NCBI GenBank assembly: GCA_964234715.1
Contig: OZ174284.1
DNA from: Podarcis melisellensis
Lineage: Eukaryota
Length of the DNA: 64,000 bases
Direction: 5' to 3' (one strand)
This document shows, one piece after another, positions 55,098 to 64,000 of this stretch (its first letter is position 1; the number at the start of each line of letters is the position of its first letter). A model generated the notes under the pieces. It had not been told where the DNA came from and did not search any database. It saw nothing but the letters and a program-made list of their open reading frames with translations. Both the position numbers and the translations under genes were made by a program.

Positions 55098-56069
55098 GTA
55101 AGGATTTTTGTTATATGGTGCAAGCCATCCTCTGAAATGGTTTAACCCTTTTCATCAAACTTGCAGGGGATCTCATGTTTAAGCACCCAGTTGGGCAACC
55201 ACTTCTCTCTACTTACTTTTGTACTAAATGTTTATGGTTCGTGGCATCTTTCCTGCTGGAGAATATATTCACACACTGCTTGAAAGTTCAGTTGCTTCCA
55301 CCAACAGAACACCCCATACCCTCTGTGTGTGACCAAGATTAAATAGAAGAGCGCTGCCCTGAGATATTTTGCTATCACAGTCAGTTCGTGAAATCTGACA
55401 TATATGCCTTTCTCTCAAGCTAGGATCTATACCTCACCACCACCTTGTGGAGAACTGGGCTTGTTGGAAAGTAAATTGCAGGTCTCTAGTTATAATAATA
55501 TAATAGTTTTTTATTTATACCCCGCCCATCTGGCTGGGTTTCCGCTTTCCTTCTTTAAGGAAAAGTACCTATGTGTTCTGAAAGGCATTCTTTGTGGAAA
55601 TGGAAAGAACAGAGTGAAGCATCTGGAAACCAATGTATTGATTTCTAGCCAACCAATCAAGTTTTAGGGACCCACCTGATGGACTGCAAATGTTTTGCCT
55701 GTTCTGCATTTGGTGGGAGGAGGTAGAGTTGGTTGGGTGTGTGTGTTTTTCCAAGCATAGCTAGTTTTCCTTCTGTGGAATGAGTAGTTTGTGGGGGCAG
55801 ATACCTGGTTTGGCAATTGAGACTCATGTCGAATCTCTGTATTGTACTCAAGGTTCCTTGGGCAAGTTGCTATATTTTGTGACTAGACAGACAGTTTCCC
55901 AGGTTTCCAAGTGTGCACATGGACTCTGGATGCTTTAGTTGAGATTACTGCATTGCAGGGGATTGGACAAAAACGGTTTATTGATGGAACCTAATAATTG
56001 TGTTCAAATCTTGATGGCTTAACAAGAAAGCATCAATTGTTGTTTTTTGTTTGCCTTCATAACATGCAG

Positions 56070-56323
56070 ACCTGACAACACCGCTAAAAAAACGAAGAGT
56101 CTACCAGCTGTCGGATTCTGCCTATTCAGAAACATCTACACCTATTCCTTCGCCATATGCCACACCAACCCATGCTGATCTCTCTGCCTCAGATCCATTG
56201 CTGTTTGCAACTCCTCCTAGAATAAAAGCAGAAGATGAAACCTGTAGGAATGGTTATAAGCCCATTTACTCACCTGTTACGCCAGTGATTCCATGTGTAC
56301 ATGGAAATGCAATGCACTTTGAG
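56070..56323 (+). CDS. KMT2E: KMT2E coding exon ([12 protein letters not shown]...[11 protein letters not shown]...MHFE)
   Basis: TGCAG| acceptor, GAG|GTGAGC donor; 254 nt. Confidence 0.95.
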
Positions 56324-56377
56324 GTGAGCTTTTGTATATTCTATACTCTTACCTGATTAATCAACTTGCATTGACAG

Positions 56378-56412
56378 GTTTGTTTGTTTGTTTGTTTGTT
56401 TGTTTGTTTGTT
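56378..56412. repeat. (GTTT)n microsatellite
   Basis: Seen directly. Confidence 0.95.
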
Positions 56413-56639
56413 TTAAAAAAATAACAGCTAGTTTAGCAAATGGTGGGAAGTGTGGTAATGGCTACCAATCCAGTCTTTAGAAGGGGATTAGACAAAATTC
56501 AGAGAAGTTTTAACTCCTAGCATATATTCCAGGGAGGCAGAATGAAATAAAGTAGTTTAGATGTTGTTTAAAAAATGAGGTGCTTTCATTTGTGATTTGC
56601 ATTAAAATAAAACTTCCATGCTTAACTTTTTTAATGCAG

Positions 56640-56696
56640 AATATATCTTCACCTGAAAGTTCCCCAGAAGTTAAGAGGCGAACGTATAATCAAGAG
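56640..56696 (+). CDS. KMT2E: KMT2E coding exon (NISSPESSPEVKRRTYNQE)
   Basis: TGCAG| acceptor, GAG|GTAAGG donor; 57 nt. Confidence 0.94.
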
Positions 56697-57437
56697 GTAA
56701 GGAGAACTGTAAGAAGTTACTGGAAAAGGCTTATATGCGTTTTGCAAATCTTCCTCCCAGCTATGAACAGCTGCTAATAATTGGGGAAGAATTGGAAGCA
56801 GAGCACAAAAGGTCCTGCGTTTAATCCCTGGCATCTCTATGCAAAACAGGAAGAGTTCTATCTGAAACCCTGGAGAGTCACTTCAGTTTCCCAGTACTAC
56901 AAAATTATTTTTTCTTGCATTTTGCTGACAAACCTATTACAGAAAGCATGTAGTATTGCGTAGAACATGAAAAAATGCATCTTGATAAACCCACCATTGT
57001 AGCCAAACTAAATAATCCAGATCTATTAAGTCCTTCCTCAATATTGATGATGATGATGATAATAATAATCTCCATCCCACCATGTTCATTGGCATAAGCA
57101 ATTCAATCTCCTGCCTTAAACCCATATTTTTCAAATATCCCAGAATTACTCAGGGTCTCATTTCTGTAATTCCTGTAATCTACACCAGTATTCAGTTCCA
57201 ATATTTTTTATGAATTGACATACCTTCCATATATGGACCACATCTGTGTTAAAGGCACAATAACCAAAAGTTGGATGGCACATTAGGATTTTATAGATAA
57301 ATGGATAGATTAAAAAAATACTTCAATGGAGCCATTAATGAAATAACATTTAGCTAGGTTCATACGGGGGTATCATTTTCATTTACTTTTCTCAGACGCT
57401 GTGTGTTACATCTAATTGCTTCTCTCTCGGTGTGCAG

Positions 57438-58010
57438 GGATTTGACCGGTCATCATCAGCAATGCTCGCACTCAACCCTTTCAGAAATTCCAATCTAACA
57501 GAAATGTGCCTGCAAGAAATAAAGACTATTGGATATTCCAGTCCAAGAAATAGGACTGATGGCGCCAGGCAATGCTCCGGAGAAAATGAAACGGCCTCAG
57601 ACCTCCAGTTGGGACTTGAAGCAATTGAGCAAAGTGCACTGCATAAAACTTTGGACAACCCCTGCCATGATAGGACTGATGCTAGCAGCCAGCTGGAAAC
57701 TGCTCACTGTGGACGGGGAACAGTTTATCCAACTTGGGTAAAGAGTCCCGACAGGACAGGTGTCAATTTCTCAATGAATTCTAATCTGAGGGACTTAACT
57801 CCTTCACACCAGCTGGAGGTAGGAGGTGGATTCCGAATAAACGAATCAAAGTGCCTGATTCCAGATGATGCCAGAGGTGGCATGTTCATGGAAACACCTG
57901 TTTTTTGTACTTCTGAAGATGGACTCGCAGCTGGCTTTGGAAGAACTGTCAGTAGTGACAGCTTGATGGACGGAAATTGCACACCCCAGAATCCTCCACA
58001 AAAGAAAAAG
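57438..58010 (+). CDS. KMT2E: KMT2E coding exon (GFDRSSSAM...[12 protein letters not shown])
   Basis: TGCAG| acceptor; weak donor AAG|GTTACA required by frame and homology; 573 nt; lies within ORF 57432..58091. Confidence 0.92.
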
Positions 58011-59547
58011 GTTACAACCTTTAAGTATAAATTCACACTTTCATTTAATGGGTTTATGATTGCAGCCTTACTTAGAACTTTTAAGTGCTGAACTTAAAAT
58101 ACTAAGTTATCAAATTAACGTTAAGGATGCCTACGTTTGTCTAGATCATGCCATTTAGTGTTTGTTCAGCTTCGAGAACAAAAATAAAATTTATAGTCTG
58201 TATTTACTAGTTTTGAGGAGGCTTGATTTTCTTTTTAGCTTAGAGGAAATTCTTTGTACAATACATAACTGTTGCAGATATGGTATAATTAAAAATAATA
58301 CCTTTTGATCAAAACTTCTCCCAGTGACATGGAATTTAGGAGTGAATGGTCTAGAATCATCTCATAAATGCAGCATTGTTGAAGCTTAGAAGGTGCCTGG
58401 GATAGGTGACCTTCTGTAAGCCATTCTGAATTTGCCAAAGAGGCGTATGATTATGATATGAATATAAAGGCAGTGGCTTTGATCCTCAATTCTATGAGCA
58501 GAGTGTTCCACTTTTGGAACAGGGTTTTCCAACTTCCCCCTTCATGCTACAGCCCCGCGAAAAGCTAATGAGGGCCAAAAAAACCCTCTGGAATGGTGGC
58601 AAAGGAAGCTGCTGTAGGAAGGGAGCAATGGGAGCATTGTCTCCCTGTGTGTCCTGATAAAAATGAAACACAAGTGGAAAGGGTTCGTTTTTAGCCGAAA
58701 GTTTAGCCATTAATGCTGGGGCAAGTATTTTAAGACAGACAAGCCAAATAGTTATGTTACTGCCCCAGTTAATCTGAAAGGAGGGGAATCGCTCAGACTG
58801 TAAAAGGACATTTTCAGTAGTTATGCTTCACCATTTGTTCTAATGTAGGAAGTCCAGTATGCAGTATCCCAAAATTATTTTATTACGATTGCTGCTGGCC
58901 ATTAGGTTGGAACAAAAGGGTCCACTTTCACTTGTGGAAGTCCTCTTCAGCCCACCGAAGGAGTGTTTGGTACCTTGTAAAAAAATAAAATGCAGCCAAA
59001 TATGTTTTTCTGGTTGCACCAGCGGAAGTGGAAGAACGGTCACTGAATTAACCGCTTACCCTCACCGTGCAAACTCTCACACAAGTATTTGCAGAACAGT
59101 GCTAGGAACTAGCCCGTCAGTTGCCTGCACTTTCTGGTTTGCAGGGACGAGGTGCACACTGGTGCACACTGCCTCGTTGCTCCCTTTTCACTCCTTGCTA
59201 GGCTCAAGCAAGATAAACAACCAGGAAGCCTTGGGTTCATGCTATGTCTGAACTAAGGACCGTGGATTGTTGCTTCGTAAATCGCAATGGCCACAATAAA
59301 TCAGAAAGTCTGGGTCATCGTTATGTGCAAACATGCTCATTCTCTTACTCATTCTAATTTTAGATTTATTTTTGCAAAAGAGTTATCCTCAAAACGAATG
59401 CCAGCCACTTTGCAACTAGATTCTGTGTTGAATTTTCTCTTAAATTAAACTCCACTTTTAGAATAGCCTAGAAAGAAATCTGGGGGAACTGTCCAAACAG
59501 TTTTGAGTTGAGACATCCCGCAACTGTTCTTTCCACTTTTCCCATAG

Positions 59548-59840
59548 GTGTCGCTTCTAGAATACCGCAAGAGGCAACGAGAAGCCAGAAAAAGCGGCTC
59601 CAAGGCAGAAAGCTTTGCCCTTCTAACCATATCGCCACACTCTGCTGGTGGAGGAAACAACGGTGGTTCTGCCGACGGGTATAACAGCAGCGAGAACGGG
59701 GAGCCAGTTGAGCGGGAGCACACGGCTAGCCTCCCTTTACCATTGCCAGCCACCGATTATAGCACCACTTCAGAAGAAACAGAAAACTCCTCTTCATCGA
59801 AAGAAGTTTCCAGCGAGAAGAACGATCCAGAAGTTCAGTG
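59548..59840 (+). CDS. KMT2E: KMT2E coding exon ([19 protein letters not shown]...EKNDPEVQ)
   Basis: CCATAG| acceptor, TG|GTAAGC donor; 293 nt. Confidence 0.95.
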
Positions 59841-60074
59841 GTAAGCTCCTCTAAATAAGTTGCTGTTAAATTGAGGGCTATTACAAAGAAAAAGAGGACT
59901 TTAGAGTAAAGCAAGTGTTCAGATCCTCAAAATAGGGTGGTGAAATTTCAGACTGATTTAATAAGGTGCCCTTCTGCTACCATAAGAAATGTATGCGTCA
60001 GCCTTTAAGGGTTTGAGCACTGGGGGGCATCTTCCATACAATTTGTGTAGTAGAATTAGGCAGAACACAATGTT

Positions 60075-60427
60075 AAAATGATGTTTGATTAAAAATAAGT
60101 GGCATTAGCAACAAAGTTAATAAGAATATGCAAAAAGGAATTGATAATGGATGGAATTATAGAGGTATAATATGTTAAGATATAGAGTTAAGATAAATGA
60201 AAGAGGGTAAGGATTTGCTGATTTGATTATGTAAATGGGATTACAAAAAGGGGAGGTGTGAGGAGGTCAAGGAAACAAGCTAATGAGGTTAAAGTTATAA
60301 AAAATGGATTTGTTTTTAATTTTTTCTTATCTTTTCGTCTTTTGCATTTTGCATTTTTATTTTTTATTTTTTATGCATTTTTGTATTTATGTCTTTGTAA
60401 AATCTTAAAAAATATTATATTAAAAAA
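60075..60427 (+). mobile_element. Probable L1-type 3'UTR remnant
   Basis: Purine-rich body, T-rich segment and terminal A-run typical of LINE 3' ends; no coding evidence. Confidence 0.45.
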
Positions 60428-60625
60428 AAGAGAGAGAATTAGGCAGAACACATGCTGTGCTTGCATGGGAAGTGTTTGCTGTGACCTTTCCCCCTCAAAG
60501 CACCAGTCATAACTACTTTTAAAGGAAGGCTTGGCTGGAAAAGGCTGTATTAGTACTCCACGTTCCTTAGTTCCCATGGATTTGCGGAGAGATTAAGAGT
60601 ACGACAATCTATAAAAATAAAATAA

Positions 60626-60706
60626 CGGATGTGGGTGGCGCTGTGGTCTAAACCAATGAGCCTCTTGGGCTTGCCAATCGGAAGGTCGGCAGTTCAAATC
60701 CGCTCG
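60626..60706 (+). mobile_element. Sauria SINE 5' fragment
   Basis: GGGTGGCGCTGTGGTCTAAACCA...GAAGGTCGGCAGTTCAAATCC matches the SINE head. Confidence 0.75.
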
Positions 60707-60809
60707 ATGTGTACCATGCAACTAAGTGTTCTCCTGAGCAGTAGGGAGATACATTTTTTTCAATAAAAAATTATCCAGCAAACTAAGACTTCATTCATTT
60801 TTGTTTTGA

Positions 60810-60917
<108 letters not shown>

Positions 60918-61159
60918 TGATCCTGAAAGTGCTCAATTGAACTTTGAGCAATTTCGTGGTTGTGTTTGGTCTGCTTCTGATTGAGCAGGAAGAAATGTAA
61001 TTATTGGTCACCATCTGATCTTGTATTCATATCATTTTATTAAGAATGCTTCAAGCTTGATTTTAAAAATTCAAACTTGAAAGTTTAATCCATCCAGTCA
61101 AACATCTTCATGGCCGTTGTATACTTCTGTCTGTAGACTTACAGTAATTCTTATTGCAG

Positions 61160-61245
61160 ATCCTGAAAATCCTGAGCCCACAAGTGAATGTCCGTCCCCA
61201 GATACTTCTCTGAAGGCTTGCAAGAGTCCTTTAAAAGTGAGCAAG
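61160..61245 (+). CDS. KMT2E: KMT2E coding exon ([28 protein letters not shown])
   Basis: TTGCAG| acceptor, AAG|GTACTA donor; 86 nt; restores phase 0. Confidence 0.92.
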
Positions 61246-61770
61246 GTACTACTATACAAAATATTTTCACGTTAGTGAATGCACACATACATGGCTTGAA
61301 TGTCCCTGCTTCTTTCCTGGTCACTATAGCTTAAAACTGATGTTCTAAATTTTGCCTGAATGCAGATATACTCACTGCCAGATGCTGGCAAGAATCCATG
61401 TTTGTGAAATTAATTAATATAAGCATTTAAAAGCTTAAAAGTGACTCTTTATCCATCTGTCTTATTGATGCACATCTAAAGGAGGAACAGTAGCTAATCC
61501 AGTGAGTAACTACACAATATTGTTTACAAGCCGGATAGTCACTTGCTTCTGCTGCTATTTATATTAAGCACCACAAAGTCCCATTTTTCTTTAAATTTGA
61601 TTTCAAAGTTTGTGTTTGTCTGCTATCCTCAGGAGTAAGAAGTGTTGCATTGAACCCCATAAACCTCACTAGTTGAACAAGCCTGCATTGCATCCATAGC
61701 TCTGAAGATAAGGGTATGGATATGCTTTAAACTGAAGTTACATGTTTGTTTTTGTTTTTCCTTCGTGTAG

Positions 61771-63276
61771 ACTTCTTCACCAAGTCCTGTAGCTCCTGTC
61801 CAATCACTTGGGAAAACACCCACAAAACAGGATGCCCAGTGGGAGACTCCAGCAGATGCTCCAGAGGCAGAGAACACAGCTCACCCCAAACCTGAACAGC
61901 CACAGAAACCGCTGGCAAACAACGCCGAAGCACTTTCGAAAAACCACCAGTCCCAGCCCCATTCGCGCAGTGCAGCAGATCAGCTCTCGCAAAAGCTGCC
62001 TCCTGCACCATTGAAGCTACACTGTCCCCCTTCGCCCCAGGTAGAGAACCCTCCCAAACCCTCTGCGCCCCACACGCCTGTTCAACACGGCTACCTTTCA
62101 CCAAAGCCCCCTTCACAACAATTGGGATCGCCATGCAGACCTCATCATCCTCAGTCACCTCAAGTGGGAACGCCTCAAAGAGACACTCACAGAAGCTTCT
62201 ATGCGGCGACGCAAAGCCTTCAGCCCAGCACCCAGCAGCAACCCAGCGCAACGCTGTTTCCCCAAACCTCTTCCGTCTCTTACAGCCAGTTCCACCAACA
62301 AAATTTGAACGCAAGCGCCCCGCCTCCTCCCCCGCCTCCGCCCCCTTCCTCGACTTACTATCAAAACCAGCAAACCCCCTCAGGAAACTTTCAAAATTAC
62401 AGCCAGTTAAAAAGTAGCATACCCGCCCAACAAACTGTGTTCCCCTCTGGACCAAACCAAGCACTTGCCGGCACAACCTGCCAGCAGCCAGTTTCAGGGC
62501 ACCATGTCACCAGTGGGCATTTCCTGCCATCTCAGAACCCCAGTATTCACCACCAGACTCCAGCTGTCGGGGCTCCGCCGCCGCCCCCGCCGCCGCCCCC
62601 TGCTCCAGGACCCCATCTTGTGCAGCAGCAAAGTTCTCATCAGCAACATCCCGTGGCCCACGTGGTGGGCCCCGTGCACGCGGTGGCCGTGGCTCCGGGG
62701 TCCCACATCCATTCTCAAGCTGCCGGTCACCATCTGCCGCCGCCGCCTCCGCCGCCTGGTCCCCTTCCTCACCACCATCCGACTCACCCCACCACAGGTC
62801 ACCAAGGTTTGCAAGCACAACACCAGCACGTAGTCAATTCGGCTCCGCCGCCGCCTCCTCCGCCGCCACCTGCCACTGTTTTAGGCTCTGGGCATCACAC
62901 GGCATCAGCGCAAGGATTGCACCATGCGCCTCACCAGGGGCCCCCACTCTTCCCCTCCAGCGCTCACTCAACACTCACTTCCTACCCCTCGCAGCCTCAT
63001 CACACACCTTTGGGACCTGGACCTCAGCATCAGCCTGCTGGGACGGGACCTCATTGCCCACTCCCGGGTCAGGGGCCTCACATCCAGCCTCAAGGACCAA
63101 GCAGTATTCCAACACCGACCGCTTCCGGGTTCTGTCCTCATCCTGGCTCTGTATCCCTTCCTCACGGTGTGCAAGGACCTCAGCAGGCATCTCCGGTGCC
63201 TGGGCAAATACCTATTCACAGAGCACAGGTGCCACCAACTTTTCAAAACAATTATCATGGGTCAGGGTGGCATTAA
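61771..63276 (+). CDS. KMT2E: KMT2E last coding exon, Pro/His/Gln-rich low-complexity C-terminus
   Basis: GTGTAG| acceptor; open frame continuous with ORF 62011..63276, ending [12 protein letters not shown]. Confidence 0.95.
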   Translation, partial: TSSPSPVAPVQSLGKTPTKQDAQWETPADAPEAENTAHPKPEQPQKPLANNAEALSKNHQSQPHSRSAADQLSQKLPPAPLKLHCPPSPQVENPPKPSAPHTPVQHGYLSPKPPSQQLGSPCRPHHPQSPQVGTPQRDTHRSFYAATQSLQPSTQQQPSATLFPQTSSVSYSQFHQQNLNASAPPPPPPPPPSSTYYQNQQTPSGNFQNYSQLKSSIPAQQTVFPSGPNQALAGTTCQQPVSGHHVTSGHFLPSQNPSIHHQTPAVGAPPPPPPPPPAPGPHLVQQQSSHQQHPVAHVVGPVHAVAVAPGSHIHSQAAGHHLPPPPPPPGPLPHHHPTHPTTGHQGLQAQHQHVVNSAPPPPPPPPPATVLGSGHHTASAQGLHHAPHQGPPLFPSSAHSTLTSYPSQPHHTPLGPGPQHQPAGTGPHCPLPGQGPHIQPQGPSSIPTPTASGFCPHPGSVSLPHGVQGPQQASPVPGQIPIHRAQVPPTFQNNYHGSGWH

Positions 63277-64000
63277 AATGGACCCCTTGCTTCTAAACAT
63301 TTTAAAAATGTTCTGTAAAAAACTGTATATTTCATATGTACCTGTTGAAGGTACTTTTTAAAGCTTGTACATGATACTTTGTATAAAAGCAAACACCAGT
63401 GCGCGCACTCTCATTGTATTCTTTCCATTTTTGCTTTTAAAAATTCCTGAGACTGTGCCCTTGAGCCAGTATTAGGCATTTTTTATTTTGTATGTGAACA
63501 TTCCAGCTGTTCGTTCTGGCAGTAGATTTGATGCTGCGTAACTTTAAATTTTATTGTTGCAGTTAAATTCATTTAGTGAATGTTTTCTATATTTACTTTT
63601 TATACATATGTAATTAAAGTACACAGCTAAGTGATGGCACTAACAGGTTTTCCATCTGTCAAACAGTTTTTGTGTGCATATAGATAGAAGATGCAATACA
63701 GATTTTTATAGTTTGGTGTGGACATGGCTCTTATTTCAACAGTTCTTTGCAGACATTGTAATTTAATGTATAGATTGTTTCTAATGTCTCTGACAAGTGC
63801 TGTAAATACTGTTTCTTTTGCGTGTAAAACTGCTTAATGCTTCTCATTTGATATAGTATTGTACATACAAGTCTTTTGCAAAAGCGTGTGATCTTTGTGG
63901 AAGTAGTACAGTATATGAACTTTAATTTTTTTTAATATACTGTCACATTGCAGCACTGGTTGGGCATTTTAATTCATGTTAATAAATCACAATTATGTCA
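63277..64000 (+). other. KMT2E: KMT2E 3'UTR
   Basis: AT-rich, repeat-free sequence after the stop codon. Confidence 0.85.
63981..63986 (+). terminator. Polyadenylation signal AATAAA
   Basis: Canonical hexamer ~700 nt after the stop, preceded by T-rich/TGTA elements. Confidence 0.75.

Noticed and set aside
61727-63361. Antisense ORF of 249 aa and other alternative-frame ORFs over the last exon
   Set aside because: Expected shadows of a C-rich Pro/Gln/His-coding exon; no independent promoter or splice support.

Overview
Vertebrate genomic DNA, most likely from a lacertid lizard (Sauria/Squam1 SINEs of the Podarcis/Lacerta type). The window holds essentially one complete + strand gene, KMT2E (MLL5). 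It has a CpG-island promoter (~5150-8600), a non-coding first exon ending at 8036, and 23 visible coding exons from ATG 26195 to TAA 63276 (5334 nt, 1777 aa as spliced here). These encode the HCF1-binding DHNY motif, the PHD finger, a degenerate SET domain and a Pro/His/Gln-rich tail. The 3'UTR carries an AATAAA at 63981. Introns contain SINEs, L2/CR1/L1/Penelope-like fragments, hAT and Tc1/mariner MITEs and microsatellites; there is a 132-N gap. Most notable observations: (1) two overlapping uORFs in the start-codon exon, one ending in an ATGA stop/start overlap with the main ATG; (2) an unannotated exon-like element just before the SET exons that is a poison exon in one frame and an alternative strong-Kozak start in another; (3) a SET-domain exon with CT instead of AG at its acceptor; (4) a weak donor with a read-through tail and intronic polyA signal, at the junction where human NKp44L/MLL5 is truncated; (5) a missing conserved exon near the gap; (6) splice signals for a divergent spliced lncRNA. 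All comparisons with human KMT2E are from memory and need alignment to confirm.
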